DNA of 64,000 bases from Veleropilina oligotropha (lineage: Eukaryota). Both the position numbers and the translations under genes were made by a program. Positions 9,715 through 21,920 of the stretch are shown here, piece by piece (position 1 is the stretch's first letter; every line of letters begins with the position of its first letter). The notes below the pieces were generated by a model. The model worked only from the letters and a program-made list of their open reading frames with translations. It was not told where the DNA came from and did not search any database. The stretch is from contig JBEUKZ010000071.1 of assembly GCA_048128005.1 (NCBI GenBank), forward strand, positions 62,001 to 126,000. The letters run 5' to 3'.

Positions 9715-12700
9715 ACATTTATTGATTAGAAAGATTACCCAGCTACTATATAGTAGACCATCAGAGACATCTTGCGATCAATCCGGCTTGCGTAACGCTG
9801 CCAGAACAAAAGTACCACCGGCATATAGGCCTAGCTCGGGCCTCGTCATTTGGAAATAGTAGCGGGAGGGAAGATTCCCATTAGAAGGGCTGGGCTATCA
9901 ACTCTCTCTTTAAGGAAACCAAAGAGGGAGCTTCAGCAACTGTGGTTGGTAGACTATTCCAGAGTGGGATGGTTCTCGGAAAGAAGCAGTGTTTGTAATA
10001 ATCAGTCGATGTAGAGTATTGCCGAAGCTTGTGTGTTTGCTGCTCGTGCCCTGGAGGACGCTGGTGTTAACTAGGCAGATGCTGGTACGTCTACTATAGG
10101 CCGTTGATGATCTTATACAACAGCACTACATTTCTGGGGGAGAAATTCCATTCCCCACTTCTGCTTCCTGACAGCAAGCGAGTTCAAGTCGTCTTGGAGT
10201 TGCAGTTGATCGGCAGTTGACTTTATATGGCGGTATATGATACAATCGTCCGCAAGCAGTCTAATTTTGGATTGGACGCTCTCTGGTAGATCGTTTATAT
10301 AGACCAGAAAGAGCAACGGTCCGATGACTGAGTCCTGAGGAACGCCGCTGACCACGGGTACCGTTTCGGATGATTGACCCTCCCCTAGGACCTGCTGTGA
10401 CCTATCAGATAAGAAAGACCAGATCCACTGCCTTGTCTTGCCCCTGATCTCAGTAGGCGTCGGTGTGGACTCGATAGAACGCTTTGCTGAAATCTAGGAT
10501 GATCATGTCCGTTTGTGTCATCTTGTCTAGGGCAGCCGCCAACTCATGATATAATGTAAGAAGTTGGGTTTCACAGCTCCTGCGAGCCAGAAAGCCGTGT
10601 TGGCAGTCATCGAGGACATGGCGATGATTAAGGTGTTTGATAATGTTACTGACAATCACATGCTCTATAGTAGCCTGCAGCAAAGACTGGTCAGAGAGAC
10701 GGGTCTGTAATTGGCGGCATCATGGCGAATGGCGAGAACCTTTTTTGAAGATAGCAGTGAAATTGGCATGGCGCCAGTCTTCAGGAACGGTCCCTCCTTG
10801 CAGTGGGGCATTATAGATTATGGTCAGTATTGGCGCGATTTCTGCTGCACATTCCTTTAAGATGCGGCCTGGTATAGCGTCAGGCCCAGATGCTTTCCTC
10901 GGGTTGGTTTTGCACAGAAGTTTCGCTATGCCTTCAGTAGTGACCTATTTTTCTTCGTTCTGTGGAAGTGGTGAACCGGTAGGGCTGGGTACGTCGTCTT
11001 AGCTTTCATGAGTGCAGACGGATTTATATTGATTATTTATGATTTCGGCCTGATCGTTTGAAGTGTTGAAGAGTCTGCACAAATGCTTCACTGGCGAGAT
11101 TCCGCTGTTATCTTTACGAAGTGACTCTATGTAGGCACATAAACGCTTCTGTTTGATAGGTTTATCATCATTAGGATCCTCAATTTCGATTAGGTTATTG
11201 ATGTAAGAATTGTATGTGTGTCGTTCTAGTTTCTGTAACTCTGCTTATACTTTCGGATGTCATAGTCTTTTCTTGTCTTTTCATTTTCGTGTACAATTTC
11301 GCTTTCCTCCGGGTGGCTGATCTTACTTTCTTGTCAATCCATGGCTTTTTCTTTTGAATACCTCGATGAATCTTTGATGGGATATGGTCCTTCATTAATG
11401 TCGTAATGATGTTTCTGAATTTCTTCCAGCGGAATCTGTGTTGCTCGACGTCATGTTGATCATTTCAGAGTGGAGATCACGTAAACCCGTCTTCAAGGCA
11501 ACGATAATCAACCGTATTGTACAGGAAGACCTTCCGTTGTTGGCGAGGTGACATGTGTGGATGAATACTCAATTCAATGTATACCACCTCGTGGTCAGAT
11601 ATCCCTGGAATTACTTCTACGCTGTTGACTAAAGAGTTGTTGCTGGTTAAGAATAGGTCAAGGATGTTTTCTGTTGCTTGTGTGGTCCTAGTGGCTTGGG
11701 TGACCATTTGTTGCAATCTCCACGCATGCGCCGAATGCGCCATGCTACATCGATTGTATGGACGGACACGACAGCGGAAGGGACGCAACTCTGCTGGAGA
11801 TTGCATTTGTTGGAGAAATCTGTTGTTGGTTATGTTGATGAGTTGTCGACATAATGCAAGCTTGTAAGCAGATCGCGTCACACTACAGTCTTCCCAATTG
11901 ATGCCACCAAAATCGAAGTCCCCTCCCAGCCATACGTGGGCTCCTACTGGTATCCGAGCTAGGCTTGTATCCGGAGGGCGATAGAGGCTGCTACATACAA
12001 GTTACTGGTTCCAATTACCTGCACCTGCACCCATAGAATTTCACAATCGTAGTCAGTTTTCAGCTCGTCTGGTTCTAGGCTTTGAAATTCCTGCCGGACA
12101 AGAATGAAGACCCATCCATCCTTCTTTTGCTTCCTATCTCGTCGATAAACTGTTAGCCATTATTCAGTACCGATGATGATGTCTGCCCCTGAAGCTTCAA
12201 TGAGTGTGTATAGTGAAGCTTGTTTCCCGGTTATCGATTGACAATTTAAGTTAATGATCTTCAAGGGGATGTCTTTCCGTGGTTTCTTGCTGATTTGGAT
12301 GGGGATGGGATCGTTATTTTCATGCAATAAACTTGGGTGAAGAATCGGTTCATCGATGTCACTGATTGTTGTCTGAAACGATGGAAATTGAATACTTGTT
12401 GTGTGGTTCTTGTTAGCAGTAGATGCTCTGTTCGGTGATGATGTTGCTCTAGGATGGCCGAAGCGAAAGTCGAAGGTCCTGTTAACGATGTTGGCATATA
12501 AGGGATCGTATAGATTGAGGTTTCGAAGATGATAGTGGTGAAAAGGCTTAATGAAAACTTTGGAAGACCGCACTGGACGCAGTCCCAGGAGCAGTTATTT
12601 AGGGATTGGTATATGTTGTCATTCATGGCCATACAGTGTTGGTGATACCCAATCTTCATTCATGTATCGCATTCTGATTGCACCCCAGGGGTGGTCCACT

Positions 12701-12850
12701 TGACAGCTCTTTGGCAAACGCCGCATGGGAATTTGGGAGCCCTTGGACCATGGTTTGGTTCTGGGGCATATGACTCTGCTAATAGGAGGACACAAAGGTG
12801 GAGTACAGACTGTACTAGTGCTTCGTTAGACCTTGTTTCCGCATATCATT
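9715..12850 (-). mobile_element. Decayed LINE (PHD-APE-RT ORF2; RTEX/CR1-like clade uncertain)
   Basis: Fragments: PHD (CGVC...YHQHC...WDCVQC), APE (INLNCQS, IIIGTE, ILDLFLT, GISDH), RT (LDFSKAF, GVPQDSVIGPLLFL, LADDC) and C-terminal FFPRTIPLWNSLP; many stops and frameshifts; ends approximate. Confidence 0.85.
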
Positions 12851-12906
12851 CTTGATCATTCGGTATCTTGCCTGATATCGTACGCATTGTGCTAAATAAC
12901 TTGCAG

Positions 12907-13111
12907 AATAAGATGTACCATAACATTATCGTATAAGATGTACCATAACATTATCATATAAGATGTACCATAACATTATCATATAAGATGTACCATAACA
13001 TTATCGCAGAATAAGATGTACCATAACATTATCATATAAGATGTACCATAACATTATCATATAAGATGTACCATAACATTATCGCAGAATAAAATGTACC
13101 ATAACATTATC
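12907..13111. repeat. Minisatellite, unit about 25 bp (ATAAGATGTACCATAACATTATC)
   Basis: About 8 visible units. Confidence 0.92.
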
Positions 13112-13892
13112 CGGCAACAGCGAGATGGATTGTTACAACATGTTTCGCAAAGAATTGAAAAACCCCACCAACAATCCTACTGTCCCACATATACCTATAT
13201 ATATTTATAAAAGCACAGAAAACATTCACTGTACGTACTACTAATTAAACTCTCAAGAACCGAAGGCCGATTAACTGGTGAGAAATAGCATTGAAATATT
13301 TTCGTTCGTGTTTTATTGTGTCTATGTACCTTTGCGAGTATTTATATAGTTTTGCGCTACTGGGAATTAAAGTTGTGCATCATATTTTACTGACAGGGAA
13401 AATTCATCATTTTACTGACAGCCACACGGAGAAAGCACGTCGACATCGCACGAGAATGCTGCCATATTTAGGCCTTATAGGGCCTATATCATCGTTTGAA
13501 ACACTTGTTGCATAGCACCATTCAAAATCTCCAACTTCAACAACCTTCGGTGATTTGCATAATTTACTCCTTCAATAAACTATGGGAGGAATTGCGCGTT
13601 CATGCAACCGGTGCGCTGCTGTTAAATTATAGGTAATAAATCCCTGAAAAACGAGTGGCTAACAATAGCATCTCAGTTTCATCTTTTAATGATTGGTATA
13701 TTTCGATTCATTATCTTAATGTGACACTCGTCTACATTTCCGTCACAAACCCAACTCCAGTGTCTACACATTTATGAGGTCGTCATCTTTGAAAATATGT
13801 GTTCACTTTTTGTACCTTTCTATGTGACATATTGCAAATGACGGGAACAATGTTATATTCCGCAACATATATATAATACAGTTCTGCAGCGA

Positions 13893-14047
13893 ATAAACGC
13901 ATCGTGTCTGTCGCTGCGCCGCGGTGGCTGTTTGTTCTAATATGACACCTTTATAAATACCGTCGCTGCGCCGCGGTGGCTGTTTGTTCTAATATGACAC
14001 CTTTATAAACGCGTCGTGTCTGTCGCTGCGCCGCGGTGGCTGTTTGT
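13893..14047. repeat. 51-60 bp tandem repeat (GTCGCTGCGCCGCGGTGGCTGTTTGTTCTAATATGACACC), continuing at 18272-18345
   Basis: The same unit lies on both sides of the LTR element, which splits one unit. Confidence 0.88.
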
Positions 14048-15095
14048 TGTTACAATATGATGCTTAAATGCACTTAATGAGTAGATCTTTATTATAGTTA
14101 ATTACTATTGTACTATTGCGTATATGTTTTTACTATGAGTCAAAGCACTAATTGACATCGCACCGAGCAATCCTGCCAGCAATGATTAATCTTGACCTGT
14201 GATCTAAGATAATTGTGTATATATTGTTGATGACATCTAGTCGCCTGATAGTAGCAGTTGACGTCACGTAATTCTGACATATTGATATAACTGAAAGAGA
14301 TTAATGTTGTTTAGTTCCGAGTTCAAAACGAATGACGCCCGTATTCTGTGGTTATGAGACAGATGGTCGATTCGTCACTCCATGTCAAAATGCGTGTATT
14401 GCTGATGTAATAGTGGACGAGAAAACCAAAGCACGAGATCCGATTGGTCGAGACGAGGCTGGAAGAATTGGTCTTGGTGCCTGTGCGCGGCCGACAGCGG
14501 CAGTCTTTACCTAGTCAACATCTAGGGCGCACGTATAACTGTGCGAGGCTCATTTGTACATATATAAATATGTTTAGTTAGAACTTATATCTACGCTACT
14601 ATTGATTGTATCGACATGGAAGTATACTATGTGATTTGAACTATGTCGAGGACAGATATAAATGAATTGTCCGAACTTACAACTGCCTTGTGAATATGTA
14701 GCGAGATGTAAAAGTAGCGACTCCAGCGGATAGTATCTTGTCACGGGGATATTATCCTATACCACCGCATTCCGTCATGGATAGCACAACGGTCCTAGAT
14801 GTCGGAATGACCCGAGCCGGCTACCGAGTTGAGACAGAAACTTAAGTTACGAGTATACAGTTGGCTGGAAATGGCTTTAAAGCCAGCGAGCTGTAGATAC
14901 TCTATAGAACACTAGACGACACGAATGATGGAAACCAGTAACCGCCTATCGTTGTTCTCCGAACATATATGCCAGACTACAGAACAATATATCATTGATC
15001 CCATTAACACTGTTGCGCGGTGTCGGGCGTTCCGCCAGTTCCAGGAGTCCGATCTGGGCAACATCATCTCCCCCGCTGTGTAACAGGTGTTAAAT

Positions 15096-15113
15096 TGGTG
15101 CCGTGACCAGGAT
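15096..15113 (+). promoter_or_regulatory. Primer-binding site complementary to the tRNA-His 3' end
   Basis: TGGTGCCGTGACCAGGAT is the reverse complement of ATCCTGGTCACGGCACCA, the invertebrate tRNA-His 3' end as I recall it; lies 10 nt after the 5' LTR. Confidence 0.85.
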
Positions 15114-16077
15114 GTTAGCCTCTTATGAGTTGGAGTCGGACTTTATAGCGGTTAATGCAGAACGCACAAGTTACGCTCTGTTGAACGAGCGCGAAATGGA
15201 TGCGTGTAAGTCTAGCCTTACGAAATTTTGTCAATTTCAGAGTCCGATGTACTCTGTCAACGCGCATTCATTGTGTGTTATGGCTTTATTTTTGAATCAG
15301 AAATCATTGATTAATACTACCTGTAGCGCCAAGGTTGCGTTTAATATGCATTTACCGATGGCCGTGAACGTACATGATGGGATTTGGATTGTGTCCTCAG
15401 TGAATTCTTTAAAGTTTTCGGTGGTTTGTAAGAGAGACAAACAGGAAAAGACCAGCGATCTTGTGATTCGATCCCCACTTGATGTAATACGCTTAAAACC
15501 AGAATGTGTTGCGTATAGTTCACAAATGACGTTATCGTCATACTTCCAACGAGAGGAAGAGTTCACAGTTAAAAATACATATAGAGAGTTGTTAGTGTTG
15601 AGAAATGCGAGCGCGTTTCACATTTGGCATAAATTCAAAGTTGCGTTTACAAATATCACGCAGCTCGAAATTCCGAAAAAGTTAGTGGATATGAAAACAG
15701 TGCCGTTAGAAAGTATCATTTCTGAATTGAAAGGCATACAGCACATAAGTTCCACGGGAGCGTTCACATTTATGGATATGGTTTCGATGGGAACTGGAAC
15801 CCTGCTAATAGTGATTGTAATAGGATGTCTTATGTATAAGTGTAGGGCACGATGTAAAAAGCGATATTCAGCGGCCTTAAACTTAATAAGCATGAAGTCA
15901 GGTGTAATGGCAGACGAGACACACGAAACCAATGAAACACATGATACCAACGAAACCAATAATCCGCAAAGTATCGAACTCGGAGTAAATGAGTCGATAA
16001 CGCCTGATCATACAATAGTGGCTCGTGTGTTAGCAAACAAGATAAATGTTTTTCGGCCGGGAGGGCTGAACACTTAG
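15112..16077 (+). CDS. C-terminal half of an envelope/fusion glycoprotein (baculovirus F/errantivirus Env-like), N-terminally truncated
   Basis: Open 321 codons from ATG; Cys-rich ectodomain with NxS/T sites, heptad-like segment, TM helix MGTGTLLIVIVIGCLMY, basic KCRARCKKR; occupies the env position before the 3' LTR. Confidence 0.7.
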   Translation: MLASYELESDFIAVNAERTSYALLNEREMDACKSSLTKFCQFQSPMYSVNAHSLCVMALFLNQKSLINTTCSAKVAFNMHLPMAVNVHDGIWIVSSVNSLKFSVVCKRDKQEKTSDLVIRSPLDVIRLKPECVAYSSQMTLSSYFQREEEFTVKNTYRELLVLRNASAFHIWHKFKVAFTNITQLEIPKKLVDMKTVPLESIISELKGIQHISSTGAFTFMDMVSMGTGTLLIVIVIGCLMYKCRARCKKRYSAALNLISMKSGVMADETHETNETHDTNETNNPQSIELGVNESITPDHTIVARVLANKINVFRPGGLNT

Positions 16078-16761
16078 TAATTGAGAAGCAGTGGTTTTGG
16101 TAAACCTTGCATAAGAAGTAATTGAGAAACTGTGGTTTTAGTAAAACCTTAAAATGAGAAGCTGTGGTTTACGTAAAACCTTGAATAAGAAGTTCAAAGT
16201 AAAACGCGTATTTGTTACTAGAAGTGAAAGTAACTTGTAAAGTAAAAGTGCACTATTGTTGTCATGACTGTATAACTTTATTTAACATAAACTTTTAATG
16301 TCTTAAAGTGGCATTGTATTAATTAAGCAAATATATACTGGTGTTGTTGGAAGCATCACTTTACGGGAAGTATCTACGGATATTTCACGAACACGATATT
16401 GCTGCTTTGATCTTTTCTTACAGGTTCCTATAGCGTCTCGGGTGGTTCGATCTTCGTGCGAACGACGACTATGGATTACTAGTGTGATCGCGAACATTGC
16501 ACTACCGCTTAGTCGTCTTATTGTGTGTAACGCGGATAATATGGCATAGCCTTGCGAGGATGATCTTTGCGTGCGCGATCGAGTTCGGAAGCAGGACTCA
16601 GGCGAGGGGCCTGATGTCGATCCTTCAATTTTAAATTGAAGTGTTTAAATGTTAAGACATTTAATAAGGGTGCCATATTGGGCACGAGTATATTGTGCAT
16701 GCTTTATTATATTGTGTATGTTTTTAATTATTGTTGAAGAGTGTTTTGATTATTGATCATA

Positions 16762-17180
16762 CTAGCATTGGTACCCGTCTTCGCCGGGCAAGTCCCCCCA
16801 CCCCAATTTTTTTTTTTTTTTTTTTGGATAGTGCTCCCTTAAATATTTTTTTTTTTTCCCGAATTTTCCGAATTTTTTTCGTGGTAAACCTTCCTTGGGG
16901 GACCCCGATTAACCCCCCAAAGTTTGAAGGTCCTAGGTCAAAGCGTCTGGGAGGAGTTCAACTTGAAACAAACACACACACATACAATTATAGGTCCATT
17001 ATATGAAGAGATATAGTAATATTTTTTTTTTTCCAGAATTTTCCGAATTTTTTTCGTGGTAAACCTTCCTTGGGGGACCCCGATTAACCCCCCAAAGTTT
17101 GAAGGTCCTAGGTCAAAGCGTCTGGGAGGAGTTCAACTTGAAACAGACACACATACAATTATAGCTCCATTATATTAAGA
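16762..17180 (-). mobile_element. Small non-autonomous Helitron inside the LTR element
   Basis: Minus strand A|TC...CCCGGCGAAGACGGG hairpin...CTAG|T; internal tandem duplication of about 160 bp (16850-17010, 17030-17180). Confidence 0.65.
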
Positions 17181-18345
17181 TTGGCTAATTGGAAATCTTA
17201 ATCGAATTAATATTCCTCGAATTATGGGAGGTCTGTTACAATATGATGCTTAAATGCACTTAATGAGTAGATCTTTATTATAGTTAATTACTATTGTACT
17301 ATTGCGTATATGTTTTTACTATGAGTCAAAGCACTAATTGACATCGCACCGAGCAATCCTGCCAGCAATGATTAATCTTGACCTGTGATCTAAGATAATT
17401 GTGTATATATTGTTGATGACATCTAGTCGCCTGATAGTAGCAGTTGACGTCACGTAATTCTGACATATTGATATAACTGAAAGAGATTAATGTTGTTTAG
17501 TTCCGAGTTCAAAACGAATGACGCCCGTATTCTGTGGTTATGAGACAGATGGTCGATTCGTCACTCCATGTCAAAATGCGTGTATTGCTGATGTAATAGT
17601 GGACGAGAAAACCAAAGCACGAGATCCGATTGGTCGAGACGAGGCTGGAAGAATTGGTCTTGGTGCCTGTGCGCGGCCGACAGCGGCAGTCTTTACCTAG
17701 TCAACATCTAGGGCGCACGTATAACTGTGCGAGGCTCATTTGTACATATATAAATATGTTTAGTTAGAACTTATATCTACGCTACTATTGATTGTATCGA
17801 CATGGAAGTATACTATGTGATTTGAACTATGTCGAGGACAGATATAAATGAATTGTCCGAACTTACAACTGCCTTGTGAATATGTAGCGAGATGTAAAAG
17901 TAGCGACTCCAGCGGATAGTATCTTGTCACGGGGATATTATCCTATACCACCGCATTCCGTCATGGATAGCACAACGGTCCTAGATGTCGGAATGACCCG
18001 AGCCGGCTACCGAGTTGAGACAGAAACTTAAGTTACGAGTATACAGTTGGCTGGAAATGGCTTTAAAGCCAGCGAGCTGTAGATACTCTATAGAACACTA
18101 GACGACACGAATGATGGAAACCAGTAACCGCCTATCGTTGTTCTCCGAACATATATGCCAGACTACAGAACAATATATCATTGATCCCATTAACACTGTT
18201 GCGCGGTGTCGGGCGTTCCGCCAGTTCCAGGAGTCTGATCTGGGCAACATCATCTCCCCCGCTGTGTAACATTGTTCTAATATCACACCTTTATAAATAC
18301 CGTCGCTGCGCCGCGGTGGCTATTTGTTCTAATATGACACCTTTA

Positions 18346-21300
18346 TCAAATCAAATCAAATCAAATTTATTTTGCCAAGTAATACAATGTCTGTACATAT
18401 TATGCATATGACTAATATACAGTATACTATTGTATATGAAATATAATATGTATTAAAGTTTTATAATAGTATAGTTAAGAAGATATGTACATACATTGAT
18501 CATGGCTGGGAGATCTTTTGAAACCCAAAGGGCTTATTAGTAGACCACCCAGGTGTAGCTGTTTAAATATTATTAGTAATTATATTTTTAAGGAAATATT
18601 GTAACTAAACAAAATATTTAAAATCAATAATGATGAAATTATTATGTCACTGTAGATAGCCATTTAATAAAATCTTTTTGTAGTGGGTTCTGAATTGTGA
18701 TAGTGATTGTGAGTTTCTAAGGGACAAATCAAGACTATTCCATATACGTGGGCCATGATATTTCACTGTGTGATATCGTGCTGTGGTGCGACAGATTTCA
18801 ATATGATACTTATCTTTATTTCTTGTATTATGATGATGTATATCATAATTTGTCCTAAAGAAATTTGAAAAGGCAATCGGTAACTTATTTAGATGATATT
18901 TATACATGAATGAAGCCATTTGAAACTTATGTATATCATAAATTGTTAACTGTCTAAGATTTATAAATAAAGGCAAGGAATGTTCCAAATAGCCAGCAGC
19001 AGATATTAACCGTATTGCACGTTTTTGCAATAAGAATAACTTATGCAATTTTGTCTTATAGGTACTTGCCCAAATAATTGCACAATATTGGAAATATGGT
19101 AATATTAAAGTGGAATATATCATAGGCAAAATTCTTGTTGGAAGTGACTTTTTTAATTTAAATAATATTCCAATATTTTTGGCAACTTTTGATTCAATAC
19201 TTTTTATATGAGCATTCCATGTGGTGTTTGCATCGACAGTTACTCCGAGGAATTTTGCAGAATTTACCTGATCAATTATTATTCCATCAATCGTTAGGGA
19301 ATATGTATCAGGATATTGTTTTGTAGGTGAAGTGAAAATAATATAGCTTGTCTTCTTTACATTTAATGATAGTTTATTTACTTTAAACCAGAGTGTGACT
19401 TTTTTTAGTTCTTCATTTATTATTGACATCATTGAAAGAAAATTTTTGTGCCTGAAGAATATATTAGTATCATCGGCAAATAATATAAATATTAGTAATG
19501 CAGATGTATTTGCCAGATCATTAACGTATAAAATAAATAGTAATGGACCAAGTATCGATCCCTGAGGCACACCACATGAAATGTCATTCAGTAACGATTT
19601 TTCTGAGTTCACTGACACATACTGTTTTCTATTTGTTAAGTAGTCTTTGAACCAGTCCAAAGCAAGTCCGCGAATACCATAATGGTAAAGTTTCTTTAAG
19701 AGGATCTCGTGATTAACTGTGTCGAATGCCTTTGACAAATCTATAAACACCCCAATTGTATATTCTTGCTTATCTTTTGCTTGTGTAATTTCATCCATCA
19801 ATTCAATAAGTGCCATAAATGTCGAGTGGTTTTGACGAAAACCGAATTGTTTTTTATAAAGAATATTATTTGAAGTAATATAATTCAGTAATCTATTATA
19901 TGTCGCTTTTTCAAATAGTTTAGAAAATAACGGGAGCACTGATATTGGTCTGTAGTTGGTAAATTTAGACGAGTCTTCACTTTTAAAAATGGGTGTTACC
20001 TTAGCTATTTTTAACAAGTCTGGAACGATGCCAGATATGAAGGATTTATTTAAAATATTTACAAGTGGCGACAAGATATAATTGGAAGATGCCTTCATGA
20101 CATTTACTGATATGCCGTCATGGCCACAGCTTTTATCGTTTTTAAAGTTTGAGATAATCGCTGAAACCTCAGGCTCATCGACTGGCATAAAGTAAAAAGA
20201 GTTGGCATAATTTTCGCTCATGTATTCTTTGAAATCATATTGAACAGGTGGGATTTTTTTGCAAGCTGTGGTCCAATATTAGTAAAATAATCATTAAAAT
20301 GCTTGGCAATGTTCTTATCTCCTATAATTTTGTTGTCGTTATGTATAAATTCTGAAGGTAGTGCCGAGTAATTATTTTTATTGATGACGGATTTGATAAT
20401 TTTCCAAGTTTCTTTCAAGTTCCCTTTTGTGTTTTCAAGTTTATTAGCATAATAGTTTCGCTTGGTAATTTGTATTAGATGTTTTAACTTGTTTTTGTAT
20501 GCTTTATATTTAGTAAGTGATTTCTCAGTTTTCTTATTTAAAAACTGTCTGTAAAGTTTATTTTTTCTGTTACATGACGTGATAAGTCCAGCTGTCAGCC
20601 ATGGTTTACCGTTCGATTTATTAGTTTTCATCTTTTTAAATGGGAAGTGCTTGTCATAAATGTTTTTGTATTTTGTGAAAAAGTTACCAAATGCATTGTT
20701 GGTGTCTGGTTCTGAATACACATCGTCCCAGTTAGACAAAGCAAGTTCATCGTTAAACCTTTGTTTGCTATGTTCATTAAATATTCGTTTATAATTATTG
20801 TTGGGTTTATCAATGTTGACAGTGCTGGTGTTGGTTATTTGGAACACTGGTAAATGGTCTGACACATCAGCAAATAGGATACCAGTTTTGATGTCATTTA
20901 TCATATTGTTGGTGAATATATTATCTATCAGAGTTGCCGATTGTGCCGTAATTCTCGTTGGCCGGGTTATCAATGGATAAAATGAGAAAGATATCAAGTT
21001 ATTGAAAAAGTTTTATGTGCTCGAGTGTTGTTCACTTAATAAGTCTATATTAAAATCTCCAGATAAGTAACATGTTTTACCTTCATTATTTATTTTGGAC
21101 AATATCTTATTTAAGTTTTCTTGAAATATATCAATATCCTGGCCTGGTGGTCTATAAAGAACTCCAATTATAATGTTTTTCGCTCTTTTGGACACAATTT
21201 CAATAAACAATGATTCAATAATGTTTTCGTCGAAATAACTCAGATCTTCTCTAATTTTGTAATTTAGGCCACGTTTGATATATAATCCTACACCGCCTCC

Positions 21301-21400
21301 TTTAGAAAATTTGCGTGATTTAAAAAGCTGATTATAATTGTCAAGAGTGAAAACGTCCTCCATTTTATCGGTTAACCATGTTTCTGATACCGCTACAATA
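18346..21400 (-). mobile_element. LINE (L2/Crack/CR1 group), 5'-truncated ORF2 with two frameshifts
   Basis: APE (VSETWL, GGGVGLY, YRPP, GDFNID, IDNIF, SDHLP) and RT (YRPISVL, DLSKAFD, GVPQGSILGP, FADD) in ORFs 21013-21400, 20218-20997 and 18647-20221; (TTTGA)n tail at 18346-18366. Confidence 0.92.
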
Positions 21401-21732
21401 TCGCGACAATATGGACATATCCTGATTTGAACCCGAAGGTTGTAAAAATTAATATATAGAGATCGATCCAATTCAGTCCAGCTGTAATAATTGCAAATAA
21501 ACATTGTAATTATGTATACCGAGTCGCTGGACTCTAGTCTAGGTATGATCCGTGCTGTCAAAACATTTTTTCTAACATACCCTGAGCAGCATTGGAGATT
21601 GCAAATGAGAAATCAAAGGTTAATTTGATATGTCGGAAAATTTGTATGTGTATATGTCGATTTTAAAGTTTTTTCGAACTTAAAGCCCATAAGTACGAAA
21701 GCGCATTAGGGCCAAGTCGTAAAGCAAAAATT

Positions 21733-21920
21733 AAAGTCGTGATCACGAGATTAAAGTCGTGATCACGAGATTAAACTCGAGATCACGAGATTAAAGTCGT
21801 GATCACGAGATTAAAAACTCGTTATCACGAGATTAAAAAGTCGTGATCACGAGATAAAAAAGTGGTGATCACGAGATTAAAAAGTCGTGATCACGAGATT
21901 AAAGTCGTGATCACGAGATT
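21733..21920. repeat. Left TIR array: 9 units of AAAGTCGTGATCACGAGATT (mirrored at 34416-34605)
   Basis: 20-22 bp units with palindromic core TCGTGATCACGA and no unique spacers. Confidence 0.93.

Larger units (their letters stand above)
14048..18271 (+). mobile_element. Non-autonomous Gypsy/errantivirus-like LTR element, env only
   Basis: 1038-bp LTRs at 14048-15085 and 17234-18271 (TGTTACA...TGTAACA); 4-bp TSD TTGT; tRNA-His PBS; purine tract GGGAGG before the 3' LTR; no gag/pol. Confidence 0.92.

Noticed and set aside
14332..14514. Identical 60-aa ORFs (also 17518-17700)
   Set aside because: Identity simply reflects the two LTRs; no recognisable domain.
21733..21920. CRISPR-like array of palindromic repeats (also 34416-34605)
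   Set aside because: No unique spacers and no cas genes; the arrays are mirror halves of transposon TIRs in a eukaryotic genome.
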